A stretch of 64,000 nucleotides of DNA, taken from NCBI GenBank assembly GCA_045106895.1, contig JBGCFM010000100.1, positions 1 to 64,000 on the forward strand, read 5' to 3'. The notes beneath the pieces were generated by a model. The model was not told where the DNA came from. It saw nothing but the letters and a program-made list of their open reading frames with translations, and did not search any database. A program made the translations under genes and the position numbers. Origin of the DNA: Polyangiales bacterium. Its GTDB lineage: Bacteria; Myxococcota_A; Polyangia; Polyangiales; Houyiibacteriaceae. This document shows positions 1-10,560 of the stretch, one piece after another (the first letter of the stretch is position 1; the number at the start of each line of letters is the position of its first letter).

Positions 1-798
1 CACACCCCGGGGAACGTAAACACGAGCGGCACCATTAACGTCACGTACCCCGACAGCCTCGTCGCAGCCGTCGATGACATTCTCCCAAGCGCCACGCTCC
101 CGGATCTCAACGCGACCTTTGCGTCGACGATGGACTTGCCGTGGATGGTGCATGTTGGCGCCATCATTCGGCCCACCCCTCAACTCGAAATATCGGCGTA
201 CTACCGATGGGAGAACGTCTCCTCGCAGCCTTTTTGGAGCGTCGAAATCGTCGAGGCGACGTCCGAAGCCATCAACGATACCCTCAAGCCGCAGGGCTAC
301 ATGGACCGCCACTTCGCGCAGCTGCGCGTAGGCTACGCGCCTCGCTCGGACATCGAAATCAGTGTTCTTGGCAGCTTTCAGAGCAACACCGTGCCCGAGC
401 TGACGGCATCGCCGAACACAATGGACTTCAACCGAATCGAAGTGGGTCTCGTCGCCTTATGGCGCGTGTCTGAACGAATCGGTCTCCTCGCCCAATACAC
501 ACACCTCTTTCTGCCGACACGAACCATCCGGCAAAGCCTTCACCAGCCGCTTACGGACCCGGACTTCGCGACGTATAACCACCCAACCCCAACGGGAACG
601 TATGCCGGCTCGTCGGACGCCATCCGCCTGAGCCTACTCGTCTACTTCGACCGAGAGGGCGAAGCGGCGGAGCCCATGCCTGAACCCATTCCCGAAAACG
701 CGGACGAAGCTCCTGCAGGCCAAGCTCCGGCAAGCGACGTCGGAGGCGAAGGCGCAGACGCCGCCGGCGCCGAGGCGTGGTGGAGTTCTGGAGACTGA
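1..798 (+). CDS. 5'-truncated outer-membrane beta-barrel protein, probably FadL/OmpP1-like
   Basis: Frame is open from base 1. Alternating beta-strand pattern (LPWMVHVGAII, LEISAYYRWENVS, IEVGLVALW, LLAQYTHLF, IRLSLLVYF), then an acidic low-complexity tail. Confidence 0.5.
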   Translation, partial: HTPGNVNTSGTINVTYPDSLVAAVDDILPSATLPDLNATFASTMDLPWMVHVGAIIRPTPQLEISAYYRWENVSSQPFWSVEIVEATSEAINDTLKPQGYMDRHFAQLRVGYAPRSDIEISVLGSFQSNTVPELTASPNTMDFNRIEVGLVALWRVSERIGLLAQYTHLFLPTRTIRQSLHQPLTDPDFATYNHPTPTGTYAGSSDAIRLSLLVYFDREGEAAEPMPEPIPENADEAPAGQAPASDVGGEGADAAGAEAWWSSGD

Positions 799-839
799 TT
801 TCCGCGGACTGATTGCCGAGGAGAACGATGCCGCCTGTT

Positions 840-1556
840 CTACTCGAGAACCGACATCACGGCCGCGGGAATACCAGCGTGGCTGTACTGCTCCGAGTAC
901 AAAATCCGCATGTCCGAATCAAAGGCCATGGCCTCGGCGTTCACTTGAATGCCAAGCGCGTTCATTTCGTTGCGTGGGTCGACGAGAACCGGAAAGCTCA
1001 GGCCGAACTGCTCGCTCAAACGGGCGCAGTCACTCCGCGTCGCGATCTCGCCGCGGCTGTTTTGGGCGATGACCACGAACGCCTGGACACCATCTTCAGC
1101 GAACTGCTGGTAGAAGCTCTCGGCGTCATCTCGAACGAAGCGCTGGCAAGGAGGACACCACTCGCTGAAACGGTAGAGCCAAGTCGCGCTCTCACCACAC
1201 GCGGCGTGGAGGCTCACTGGATTCCCGTCGCAGTCTTCAAGCATGGCGTCCGGAGCGATGTCGCCAACGGCGGTCCCGAACGGGCCCATCGGAGGACACA
1301 TGCTGGAGCCCGCGTCCTCCGCAGGCCCGCCGTCGAGTTCCGCCCCTGCGTCTGTACCCGCATCGACTCCGTCGCTTGCGTCCGCCGAGCTGCCGGCATC
1401 GCTCTGAGGGCCAGCGTCCGTGGATGGCGCCGCGTCCGCACGCCCGGCGCCCGAATCGACGGTACCGCCCGCATCAAAGCCGCCGGCTGGCGGGACATCG
1501 TCATCTCCACAGGCGAGGGCAAAACACAGAAGAAAAGCGGGCAAACATCGGGTCAT
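840..1556 (-). CDS. Lipoprotein with a thioredoxin-like (TlpA/redoxin) domain
   Basis: Lipobox ALAC, DAG-rich linker, GDIAPD, WCPPC redox motif, FPVLVDP. Confidence 0.8.
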   Translation of the reverse strand: MTRCLPAFLLCFALACGDDDVPPAGGFDAGGTVDSGAGRADAAPSTDAGPQSDAGSSADASDGVDAGTDAGAELDGGPAEDAGSSMCPPMGPFGTAVGDIAPDAMLEDCDGNPVSLHAACGESATWLYRFSEWCPPCQRFVRDDAESFYQQFAEDGVQAFVVIAQNSRGEIATRSDCARLSEQFGLSFPVLVDPRNEMNALGIQVNAEAMAFDSDMRILYSEQYSHAGIPAAVMSVLE

Positions 1557-1637
1557 ACCCGGCTGTATGCCACGTCCGGAACAACGTTAGGCAAGAAGCC
1601 GAATTATTTCGACGCCAGAGCCACCACAGCGGCGCGA

Positions 1638-3668
1638 CTACTCGGAAAAGTCGAGGAAGAGCGTCTCACGCTCGCCCTGGCGAATCGTAACGCTGCGCCT
1701 ATGAGTCTCGCCATCACGGTCGACGAATCGAAGGTTCGCTCGGCCCGCCGGTAGGCTGACGCCTCCGAGGGGCGTGGTTCCGAGGAGTCGGTCGCCGACG
1801 TACACACGCGACCATGGCCGCGTGTTGACACGCAGCTCACCGCTCCCTGCGGCGCGCTGGGTCATAGCAGGTGGCGCTGCTTCCATCGCTGAGGTGTCCA
1901 TCGCCGACGTGTCCATCGCCGACGTGTCCGAGGCGACGTCCATGGAAGCCTGGCGCATACGAGCGCCAGGTCGGGCACGGACGAGGGTCGGTGTGAGCGC
2001 GACCGTTTGCCCCTCGCGGAGCACGGCGAGGCCTTCCCAGTTTCGGTAACCGCGCCGTGAAATCTCGACGCGCAGCTGCCCGACCGGAAGACCGTCCAAG
2101 GTGAGGGGCGTCTCGCCGCGGAACTCACCATCGATGGATACGCGAGCGCCGGAGGGACGGGAGTCCACGCGAAGCAGACCCGTGGCGTCCGTAGCAGCCG
2201 GAGCTTCCGTGCCCGGAGTGGGCGTCTCAGCCGTCGGTGGAGTGTCTGCGACGGCGCCCTCCGAGGGGTCAGACGCCTCGGCGCCCGGGGTCACACCCGT
2301 TGTGCCTTCGCCCTGCGCGGCTGGCGGAACGACGAGAGAGCTGCCTGGCGTCTCCGCCCCTGGCACCACCGCGCTGGGCAGCTCTGCGCCTGGGATCGCT
2401 GCGCCTGGGGTCACTGCCCCGGGTGTCGCAGCGACCTCCGTGTTGCCAACCAAAAGCCAAGCGGCACCGCCGCCGCCGACCAGGAGGAGCAAGAGGAGTG
2501 GGACAAGCCAGAGCCAAACGGGCCGCTTCTTTTTCTCTTCCGCGGACTCGAGCTCGATGAGCGCCGAAGAGCCCAGCTCTTCGACGGAAGCCGGGGGAGG
2601 CGGGCGCGACGTGATTGAACTTGGCGGCAGGCTCGGAATCGGAGCGGCGGGCATGCTGCCCTTGAAGCTCTGTCCAAAGGGCGTCGAGTCCACCTGCGGC
2701 CCGCGCACAATGTCGCTGCCAAGAACTTCTCCGAGGTGGTCCGCGATGCGCGTGGCGAGCACAACTTCTTGATGGCGCGCGAGCCACTGTTCAAGGGCAA
2801 GCTGCATCTGCCCGGCGTCGGCGAAGCGGTCTTTGGCGTCTTTCGCGAGGGCCTTTTGCAAGATGGCGTCGAGGTCCTCAGGCAGGTCGGGGCGTCGCGT
2901 AGCCAGCGTCGGCAAAGGGTCTTCGAGGACCGCGCGCATGGTCTCGTACTGCGTCTTCCGATGGTAGAGAGGTTTGCCGGTCAAGGACTCGAAGAGACAC
3001 ACGCCGAGGGCAAATACATCGGCGCGACCATCGACGGGATCCCCGACGCACTGCTCCGGCGCCATGTAGGCGAACTTGCCCTTTACCTGTCCGTCGCTCG
3101 TGCGACTGAGCTGGTCTGTGGCCTTCGCGATGCCGAAGTCGAGGAGCTTCACGTTGCCCTCGTTGGACACCATGATGTTCTGTGGGCTCACGTCGCGGTG
3201 AACGATCCCGAGGGGTTGACCTTCGTCTCCCCGAACTCGATGTGCGTAGTGCAGCGCTTCGGCGACCGTCGCGGCAATTTTCACGCACACGGGGGCTGGG
3301 ATCCCGCCAACGTCGCGCGCCCGCCGAATCAGCTTGCCGAGGGCGATGCCGTCGACCCACTCCATCGCTAGATACGTGCTGCCGGCTTCCTCGCCGAACT
3401 CGTAAATATGCACGATGGCCGGGTGCTGAAGACGCATCGCTAGGCGCGCCTCATCGAAGAACATGTCTTGGAAAGTGGGGTCATCCACGACGTGACTAAG
3501 CACGCGCTTGATCACCAAGTGGCGATGACCCGCTCCGGCGATATTCTCCCGCTCGCGCGCGAGGAAAATCTCCGCCATTCCGCCGACGGCGATACGGCCC
3601 AGGAGCTCGTAACGCCCGAATTGGCAAATCGCGGGGAGACTTCGGACAATGCTGCGATCGGCGACCAC
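1638..3668 (-). CDS. Membrane Ser/Thr protein kinase with two C-terminal PEGA domains
   Basis: GGMAEI, VIKR, HRDVSPQN, DFG, APE, one TM helix. PEGA motifs VDSRPSGARVSIDGEFRGETPL and VNTRPWSRVYVGDRLLGTTPL. Confidence 0.92.
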   Translation of the reverse strand: MVADRSIVRSLPAICQFGRYELLGRIAVGGMAEIFLARERENIAGAGHRHLVIKRVLSHVVDDPTFQDMFFDEARLAMRLQHPAIVHIYEFGEEAGSTYLAMEWVDGIALGKLIRRARDVGGIPAPVCVKIAATVAEALHYAHRVRGDEGQPLGIVHRDVSPQNIMVSNEGNVKLLDFGIAKATDQLSRTSDGQVKGKFAYMAPEQCVGDPVDGRADVFALGVCLFESLTGKPLYHRKTQYETMRAVLEDPLPTLATRRPDLPEDLDAILQKALAKDAKDRFADAGQMQLALEQWLARHQEVVLATRIADHLGEVLGSDIVRGPQVDSTPFGQSFKGSMPAAPIPSLPPSSITSRPPPPASVEELGSSALIELESAEEKKKRPVWLWLVPLLLLLLVGGGGAAWLLVGNTEVAATPGAVTPGAAIPGAELPSAVVPGAETPGSSLVVPPAAQGEGTTGVTPGAEASDPSEGAVADTPPTAETPTPGTEAPAATDATGLLRVDSRPSGARVSIDGEFRGETPLTLDGLPVGQLRVEISRRGYRNWEGLAVLREGQTVALTPTLVRARPGARMRQASMDVASDTSAMDTSAMDTSAMEAAPPAMTQRAAGSGELRVNTRPWSRVYVGDRLLGTTPLGGVSLPAGRANLRFVDRDGETHRRSVTIRQGERETLFLDFSE
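1882..1926. repeat. 3 x 15-bp in-frame tandem repeat encoding DTSAM
   Basis: tccatcgctgaggtg / tccatcgccgacgtg / tccatcgccgacgtg. Confidence 0.85.
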
Positions 3669-3778
3669 GACAGCACTATAGTGGGCTTAGGGGCTCGGCG
3701 CGAGATCCGAGTCTCCATTGACGGCCTCGTCGCTAGACTCGCCTGGATAGAGGACAGCTTGGGAGGTATGGTCCCTAC

Positions 3779-4672
3779 ATGACTCGGCTTGTCCTTTGTG
3801 TCCTCGCGACCTCATTTCTCGGCTTTTCTGCTCTTTCGCCCTCCGAGGCCAGAGCTCAGGGAGACGAGCGGAATGGAGCCGAGGCGGAGATCGCCAACGT
3901 ACGAGAGATGATCCTCTACGCGCGATATGATGAGGCCATCGCCGGCGCTCAGGCGCTCCTGGCGCGAACGGGCCTCTCCGCTGCTGCGCGAAACGAAGCC
4001 CTTGAGGTCCTCGCGACATCCCATCTCGCCAACCGCGACACCGAGAGCGCGGCCCCAGTTCTCGAGCAGCTCTACAGCCGAGACCCGGGCTACGTCCTGC
4101 GCGATGGAGACGCGAGCCCCCTCGTCCAGGGCGCATTTCAGCGAGCACGTCAGAACGCGCCCGCCGCGGTGACCGTGACCCTGGACCACACGCCCCCTGC
4201 CCCATCCGTACGCCAGTCTCCGCTGGTTGAGGTTTCCGTCACTCAGGGAATCACCGCCGTGGGCGAGGTTCATGTTCACTACCGCGCGAGCGGCGCTCCG
4301 CGTTTTGCGACAAGCGTGATGGACCTCAATCAGAGCGGTATCGCTCGGGCTCGACTTCCCTTGATGGGCGCTGGCAACATGGCTCAGACCCTCGAGTACT
4401 ACATCGTCGCTTACGCACCCTCGCGGACTGCGCTCGGTGGCATGGGCAGCGAATCGTCGCCAATGACCATCGACGTTCCTGCCGCGGGTGAAACACGCTC
4501 AGTCGCCGTCCCTCTCGGCCCAGAGGGCGAGGAAGTTGAAGAAGAAGGCGGCTCCTCCAAGTGGTGGATCGCGCTCATCGTCGTCGGCGTCGCAGGCGCG
4601 GCCGTCGGCGGCTACTTTCTCTTCCGGGGCGAAGAACCAAGTGGGTCCCTTGGTCACGTCACGCTTCGCTAA
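3779..4672 (+). CDS. Secreted protein with a TPR-like N-terminus, a beta-rich domain and a C-terminal TM helix
   Basis: Signal peptide ending ARA, helical ARYDEAIAGAQ...ALEVLATSHL, YYIVAYA strand, C-terminal KWWIALIVVGVAGAAVGGYFLF. Confidence 0.65.
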   Translation: MTRLVLCVLATSFLGFSALSPSEARAQGDERNGAEAEIANVREMILYARYDEAIAGAQALLARTGLSAAARNEALEVLATSHLANRDTESAAPVLEQLYSRDPGYVLRDGDASPLVQGAFQRARQNAPAAVTVTLDHTPPAPSVRQSPLVEVSVTQGITAVGEVHVHYRASGAPRFATSVMDLNQSGIARARLPLMGAGNMAQTLEYYIVAYAPSRTALGGMGSESSPMTIDVPAAGETRSVAVPLGPEGEEVEEEGGSSKWWIALIVVGVAGAAVGGYFLFRGEEPSGSLGHVTLR

Positions 4673-4695
4673 ACTCCATCACTGACTGAATCACC

Positions 4696-5541
4696 ATGCG
4701 CATCATTCCTCTTTTCGCGGCCCTTCTCTTCTCCAGCTTCGGCGCCCCCGCCGCAGTTCATGCAGACGATGCAGAGGTCCACTACCGAATGGCGCTGGTT
4801 CACAAGCGCGCCGGTCGCCTCGAAGAGGCCCTCGCTGAGGCACGAGCCGCCTTCCGGGCGCGCCCCCGACATGCCGCAGCGCACTTCACCGCCGGCACGC
4901 TCCTCCGTCAGATGGGCCAACTTGAGAACGCCCTCGGTTGTTTTGTTCATGTGACGCGCCTCGAACCCGAACACGCCGATGCGCACGGAATGGTCGGCGC
5001 CGTCCTGATGCGTCTTCGGCGCTACGAGGAAGCCATCGAGCCGCTTCGACGGGCAGCGGAACTCGATCCCGAGCAGCCGAACCACTGGGCGAACCTCGGC
5101 TCCGCGTACCGGCGACTTCGCCGAAATAGCGACGCCATCGCCGCACTCCAGCAAGGCCTACGTCGGCACCCCGATGACGTGGGGCTCCTGAACAACCTCG
5201 CCGTCGCTTTTCGCCGGGAGCGACGCAACGAAGAGGCCATTCCTCTTCTTCAAGCGGCGATTCAGTCCCAACCCGACCAGGTGGAGCTTCACCACAACTT
5301 GGCCATCGCGCTCCGCGCTACCGAGCGTTGGGACGAAGCCATTCCCCACTATACGCGCGCTCGCGAGCTTGGAAACAACGACCGCGGACTGCTCTTCGAC
5401 CTCGCCGTTTGCTACGAGAACGTCGGCCAAACCGCCCTCGCCATCGAGACCTACGAGGCCTACGTCCGCGCCGCCGAGAGCGCAGACCCGGCCGGAGCCC
5501 AGTCCGTGCGCGATACACTCTCCCGACTGCGACAGCGCTAA
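4696..5541 (+). CDS. Secreted tetratricopeptide-repeat protein
   Basis: Signal peptide ending VHA, about 7 tandem 34-aa TPR units (HWANLGSAY, LLNNLAVAF, HHNLAIAL, LFDLAVCY). Confidence 0.9.
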   Translation: MRIIPLFAALLFSSFGAPAAVHADDAEVHYRMALVHKRAGRLEEALAEARAAFRARPRHAAAHFTAGTLLRQMGQLENALGCFVHVTRLEPEHADAHGMVGAVLMRLRRYEEAIEPLRRAAELDPEQPNHWANLGSAYRRLRRNSDAIAALQQGLRRHPDDVGLLNNLAVAFRRERRNEEAIPLLQAAIQSQPDQVELHHNLAIALRATERWDEAIPHYTRARELGNNDRGLLFDLAVCYENVGQTALAIETYEAYVRAAESADPAGAQSVRDTLSRLRQR

Positions 5542-5589
5542 GTTCACGAGGAGATGCAAGAGCAGCGCGTTTCGGGCACACTCCCGAGC

Positions 5590-6819
5590 ATGAAGCTCCG
5601 ACTCTTACTTGTGCTCTGCTCTCTCGCAGCGTGTGGTGATGACAGCCGACCCGGCCGCCCAGACACGGGAGCCGGCGACACCGGCGCACGCGCAGACACC
5701 GGGAGCGACGCGATGATGAGCGTCGATGCTCCCGGAACGGACGCTCCGTTTCCAGACACCGGTCCGCCACTCGACCCATTCGACCCGGCCAACGGCTGCG
5801 GCGCGACTGCCATCGAGACCCAGGTGCTTCCGGGCTCCGTTCTGTTGGCCTTCGACCAATCCGCCTCCATGCAGGGCGACACCGCCGGCAACCGCCCACC
5901 CGAGCGAGGCCCCAGCAAGTGGACGCTTGCGACGGAGGCCATCACCTCCGTGCTCGCGTCGATGCCCGACGAACTGAACGTGGGTCTTTTGCTCTTTCCT
6001 GATCCGAGCGGCGGAAGCGAGTGCAGCGTCGCGCCAACACCACAGGTCGGCGTCGCTCCCTTGGCGACAACGCGCGCGATGATCAACTCCACCCTCGCCC
6101 GCTCGCCGAACGGCGGCCAGACGCCTGCCATCGCCGCGGTCAACGCGGGCTGGGAGTACATGCTTCCGCTTCCGCTCCCCGGCGAGCGTGGCGTGATCCT
6201 CGTCACCGACGGCGGGGAAACTTGTGACACGGAGCCAAGCGACACGAGTGGGTTTCACACGCAGGCACGGACCAACGACCTCGCATTCGGCGTATCGAGC
6301 TACGCCGTCGGTCTCACCACGACGAACAACCTCCTGAGCGGCCTCGCCTTCAACGGCGGCACGGCACGAAGCGAGACCTGCATGCCGATGTGCACCACAA
6401 ACGGAGAGCGCTGCATGAGCAACGCGGAGTGTGGCGGCGGCACCTGCTTCAACCTGCCCATCGTGGGCCAGACCTGCACCGGCGGCCCCTCCGGTGAATG
6501 CTGTCACTACGACATCAGCGAGGCCGCGCTCCGGGACGAGTTCGAGATGGCCCTTCGCGAAATCGCCGAGAGCTTCCTCGACAGCTGCGTCTTTGAGCTT
6601 CCGAACGAGAGCGACGACCCTGCCCTCGTGAACGTTGGCGTTACCTTCGACGGCGAGGAGCGACGCGTTCTGCGACGAAGCGATGACCCCGCCGACGACT
6701 CATGGAACTACACGCCGACCGGCGACTCCATCGTGATTCAAGGCGCGCTCTGCGACGAGCTTCTTGCCGGCGACGCCGTCGTCGAAATCGTCCTCGGCTG
6801 CCCAACGATTCTCATCTGA
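5590..6819 (+). CDS. Cys-rich lipoprotein with a vWA (MIDAS) domain, CglB-like architecture
   Basis: Lipobox LAAC, MIDAS DQSAS, GQTP, ILVTDG, many Cys, C-terminal LGCPT. Confidence 0.75.
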   Translation: MKLRLLLVLCSLAACGDDSRPGRPDTGAGDTGARADTGSDAMMSVDAPGTDAPFPDTGPPLDPFDPANGCGATAIETQVLPGSVLLAFDQSASMQGDTAGNRPPERGPSKWTLATEAITSVLASMPDELNVGLLLFPDPSGGSECSVAPTPQVGVAPLATTRAMINSTLARSPNGGQTPAIAAVNAGWEYMLPLPLPGERGVILVTDGGETCDTEPSDTSGFHTQARTNDLAFGVSSYAVGLTTTNNLLSGLAFNGGTARSETCMPMCTTNGERCMSNAECGGGTCFNLPIVGQTCTGGPSGECCHYDISEAALRDEFEMALREIAESFLDSCVFELPNESDDPALVNVGVTFDGEERRVLRRSDDPADDSWNYTPTGDSIVIQGALCDELLAGDAVVEIVLGCPTILI

Positions 6820-6838
6820 CTTCCTTCTTCTCGAGGTC

Positions 6839-8659
6839 TTAGCGGCCGGCCATCCGTGGGTGCCGAAGGATGGTTCCTCCGGCCCCCCCGACGAGAACCT
6901 CTCGGTCCGTCGTCAGGAGCGCGCGCAAGCTCATAGGCCCCACCCCGAGATCGACTTCACTCCAAACGCCGCTCTCGTCGCGCTCGAGGCTCAGTCCTGA
7001 ACCACCGACGGCGAGGGGCTGCCCACTTGGGCCGATGCCCACCGCGTGAAGCGTCCCTTCGCCGCTGTGCTCTCGAACGCAGCGTCCATCCTGGTGGCGG
7101 AGGATTCGTGCGTCGTCGCCCACGAGGAAATCACCGAGTGCGGTTCGCGCGGCGCCTCGCAAGGTGGCTCCGTCTGGGCACACCACCTCACGCACGCCGG
7201 TTTCCCTCAGCGTGAACACCTTACCGCCGTTGCCGGCGATGATGGCGTCGTTGGGCGTTCCCGCGACGGCCCACATGGTCTCCTGGACAGGCAAGCGTGA
7301 AAGGCGAAACGCGCCCGGAGACCCCTGCAAGAGCTGTCCGCGGGTGCCCACCGCCAAGAGCGAGTTGCCCGCGGCGATGACGTCGCGCCAAGACGCGTCG
7401 CCTGGCGCCTCGAGAGCCTCGACGCGATCCCAGTAAATCGCCATGACGTGTCCGGCATCCCCCACCGCGACGAGGCGCTCTTCACTGAGCTTCGCGAGCG
7501 CGCTGAACGCAACGTCGATGCCCGTGGGCAGGTCAACCATGCGCCCTTCTCGCTGACGAGCCATCCGGCCCATCGGACCGACGCCGAAAACTAAGCCCCC
7601 CAACGTGTCGAGGTCGAGGAAGGTCTGGGAAGGCCCAGCCGTTCGCAGAATAATGTGGTCGGCGCCGATCATCGCGAACTTACCGCCGTCGCCGACGACA
7701 AACGAAGGCTCTCCCGGAAGCGAGGCGATTCCGGTGAGCGCGCGGGTGTCTCCGCTCGAGAGGATCACGCTCTCGTCGCCAGAGAGCAGAAGCACATCTC
7801 CCGAAGCGCCGGTGACCGCCGCACGACCACGGTCGCACCCCAAGTCTGTCCAGGTTTGTTCGCTATCGACATGGATGGGGCTCCAGCGCCCCTCGAAGGT
7901 ACGGCGCAAGACGCTGCCCTGGTCACCGACGGCATAGAGGTCTCCTCCGCCGCATCCGCCCACGGCACGCAGCGTGTGCCCGCTGGGCTCGCGCTCGACG
8001 CGGACTTCGTCCGACGCCGAGACGCCTAGAATCAACCCGCGCTCACCAACGAGCGTCGCCTCCGTGCCGACCACCGCAACCCCAAGGAGCGCTTCCGTGC
8101 GCCCGGTGTCGACGGCGCGCGCACGGAGGTTTTCGATGCGCAAGAACGTGCCCTCATCCCCAACGACGAGGGAGTGAAGCGTATCGATGGCGAGCACCGA
8201 GCGCAGCGTCTCGCTGGTTCCGCTCTCGATGGCGCGGGGCCCAGATTCAAGGAGCACCACCAGCGTCCCTTCGTCGCCAACGACGAGGGCTTGTGTGGGT
8301 CCGACGAAGGCGAGCCCAAAGAGGTCAGCGCTCACGCCCGTGGCCCACAGACGCAGCGAGTCACCATCGAAGCGCGCAGCTTGCCCTCGAGCGCCCACCA
8401 TCGCGATGGCGCCGCCTTGCCCCATCTCCGCGTCGTACCAGTTGGGCATCGCGCGTGGTCGCGGGTTGACCCAGCCCCATCCCAGGGAATCTCCACCACC
8501 CAAACGCATGGCATGCTCCTGAGCCGGTCCTGCGACGGGGAGATCGACGCGGGTAGGAACAAGCGGCGCGGCGTCAGGGCGCGAAAGAAGCAGGTATGCG
8601 CCGCCGCCGAGGGCGAGGACGAGCGCGAAGCCGAGTACAACGAAGACCGAACGTGGCAT
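6839..8659 (-). CDS. Membrane-anchored beta-propeller repeat protein (YCF48/BNR-like)
   Basis: N-terminal TM helix, then about 13 repeats of L-x-x-[VL]...[AV]VG-x-x-G-x-[LI]. Confidence 0.7.
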   Translation of the reverse strand: MPRSVFVVLGFALVLALGGGAYLLLSRPDAAPLVPTRVDLPVAGPAQEHAMRLGGGDSLGWGWVNPRPRAMPNWYDAEMGQGGAIAMVGARGQAARFDGDSLRLWATGVSADLFGLAFVGPTQALVVGDEGTLVVLLESGPRAIESGTSETLRSVLAIDTLHSLVVGDEGTFLRIENLRARAVDTGRTEALLGVAVVGTEATLVGERGLILGVSASDEVRVEREPSGHTLRAVGGCGGGDLYAVGDQGSVLRRTFEGRWSPIHVDSEQTWTDLGCDRGRAAVTGASGDVLLLSGDESVILSSGDTRALTGIASLPGEPSFVVGDGGKFAMIGADHIILRTAGPSQTFLDLDTLGGLVFGVGPMGRMARQREGRMVDLPTGIDVAFSALAKLSEERLVAVGDAGHVMAIYWDRVEALEAPGDASWRDVIAAGNSLLAVGTRGQLLQGSPGAFRLSRLPVQETMWAVAGTPNDAIIAGNGGKVFTLRETGVREVVCPDGATLRGAARTALGDFLVGDDARILRHQDGRCVREHSGEGTLHAVGIGPSGQPLAVGGSGLSLERDESGVWSEVDLGVGPMSLRALLTTDREVLVGGAGGTILRHPRMAGR

Positions 8660-8724
8660 GAAGCGGATGCTACCCCGGATAGCTCCTTGCGTCCGTCTTC
8701 AGGGCACCCCTTCGCTCGTACCCC

Positions 8725-10356
8725 TCAGTCCGCCATCGCCGCTTGGAGGTACGCGCTCAATGAATCCGCGGCTGCAAACCCGATGTCCCCCTCGAACGCG
8801 ATGTTCTCGTAGCCATCGATGTCTCCGGCCTCGATGGATACGTCACGGCCGAGCTCCTGGATGATGCCGTCGTTGGGGAAAGGAAAGAGCGGAACGTCGG
8901 TCGGTGAGTCGAAGCCGGGTTCGCCAAACATCGTCCCCGTCACGCCGTACTGCAGCGAGGGGCGATGGAGTCGAGGGTTCTCAATGCCAAACCCGCCCGC
9001 ACCGTATCCAGGCGCGTATGCGACGCCGTTGACGTGGGCGTTTCCACGAAAGAGGTTGTCACCGCCAAAGAAGGTGTCTTCGAAGACGATGCCCGTCGCG
9101 CGGTCTTGGTTGTTCATGGAGAAGTACGCCTCGGAGAGGTTCCCTGCGGGAGCATCCGAGAGGCGTAAGTTGATCAGGACGCTGCCTTGAATCGTGGTCC
9201 GTTGACCCTGGATCCACTCGAAGGCGCCGTAGAAGTCGTAGCTCGTGTCGAAGTTGCCTTCCGGTCCCCGGTCGAGAAAGACGCAATTCTGAAACAGTAG
9301 GTCTTGCGCGATGTTATCGCCGCGACCGTAGATAAGCACCGATGCGCCCGGCTCGTACGTGTCCATATAGCTGTGTCGGGCGATGCATCGACGGAAAATG
9401 GCCCGTCTCACCTGGTCGCCAACAAAGTAGAGCGCACGTCCGCCTGCGAGGGCGTACACGTCTTCGAAGAGCAAATCGGTGCTGCCGTTTGTCGCATAGA
9501 ACCCTTCCGCGGAGGACTGCTGAACAATGACGTGATTTAGGTATCCATCCCCACCCCCGCCGTTCACTTGCAGCCAGCCATCGAACGCAAGACCCTTGAG
9601 CGCCAGGTGTTCAACGGGGTTATCGGCGGAGAGCGCCTCGAGCGTCATGTCCGCAAAACGGGCGCCCATTGGGTGTTCGGCGATGAGCGTCGTCCGCGCG
9701 TTTACCGTTCCCCGAAGAAAGTGCCAGTACCACGCGCCGCTCCCGGCGACGTTGGAGAGGTCGTTCTGCGATTTTTCGAAGAAGCCATCGCGAAAGACCA
9801 GCACGTCACCGGCCACCGGCGTGTGATCGCTGGTACGGCCAACGTAGTCGTGAAGGTGACGCACCGCTTCTTCTGCGCCGACGAACACGATGCGCGCGTC
9901 GCCGACGACCAGGATGACCGACGTGTATTCGAACCCGTTCACTCCGGCGCGTCGCAAGGTGACGTAGTGGGCCTCGCTGGGAATCGCTGGGACGGTGCCG
10001 CTCACCGCGCCGTTCGTGGAGACATCCACCCAAGGAGGGCAGATATCGCAGGTCCAGCCGCTCTGCGCCCCGTCCCGCACGAAGAGGCGGAAGTCCGACT
10101 CCTGACGCACACGATAGATCCGGCCCTCGAGTTTCTCTTCGATGCCGCTCTCCATGATATTGCCCGCGTCGAACGGGGCGCCGTCCAACGAAGCAGCATC
10201 GACGATGCTGGGCCCCTGAGCGTCGACCTGCGAGTCAGCCGCGCTGACGTCGATGAGTCGCGGTGAGTCCAACGTCGACGCATCCACAGGATCGGATAGT
10301 TGGGGATCGCAGGCGACGATACCGAGGGCCAAACATGAGAGCGTCATCTTGAGCAT
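8725..10356 (-). CDS. Lipoprotein with an Ig-like domain and a probable right-handed beta-helix (lyase-like fold)
   Basis: GGAG SD 7 nt before ATG 10356, lipobox IVAC, GAVSGTVP, AGDVLVFRDG, beta-helix-like rungs (LLFEDVYA, AIFRRCIA, LLFQNCVF). Confidence 0.55.
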   Translation of the reverse strand: MLKMTLSCLALGIVACDPQLSDPVDASTLDSPRLIDVSAADSQVDAQGPSIVDAASLDGAPFDAGNIMESGIEEKLEGRIYRVRQESDFRLFVRDGAQSGWTCDICPPWVDVSTNGAVSGTVPAIPSEAHYVTLRRAGVNGFEYTSVILVVGDARIVFVGAEEAVRHLHDYVGRTSDHTPVAGDVLVFRDGFFEKSQNDLSNVAGSGAWYWHFLRGTVNARTTLIAEHPMGARFADMTLEALSADNPVEHLALKGLAFDGWLQVNGGGGDGYLNHVIVQQSSAEGFYATNGSTDLLFEDVYALAGGRALYFVGDQVRRAIFRRCIARHSYMDTYEPGASVLIYGRGDNIAQDLLFQNCVFLDRGPEGNFDTSYDFYGAFEWIQGQRTTIQGSVLINLRLSDAPAGNLSEAYFSMNNQDRATGIVFEDTFFGGDNLFRGNAHVNGVAYAPGYGAGGFGIENPRLHRPSLQYGVTGTMFGEPGFDSPTDVPLFPFPNDGIIQELGRDVSIEAGDIDGYENIAFEGDIGFAAADSLSAYLQAAMAD

Positions 10357-10401
10357 TGGTGACTCCATAAGTCCCGAAATCCGGGGCACACCAAGGAGCT
10401 G

Positions 10402-10417
10402 TGCAATCGCCATTCCG
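10402..10417 (-). promoter_or_regulatory. Possible sigma54 -24/-12 promoter of the beta-helix lipoprotein gene
   Basis: cGGaatggcgattGCa: GG-N10-GC with TTGCA, but a weak -24 element. Confidence 0.4.
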
Positions 10418-10560
10418 GCGTGCATCGTCGCTCCAACGCTCGCGGAATACTGCTTTTGAATCGGAGTCTGGTGCGCGGCGCCACCCTTCTTGGGAGAACA
10501 CTTGCCCAGAGACAAATGAGACCTGTCAGGTCTCAGTGGGGTCAGGGGTCCTGCGCCGAG

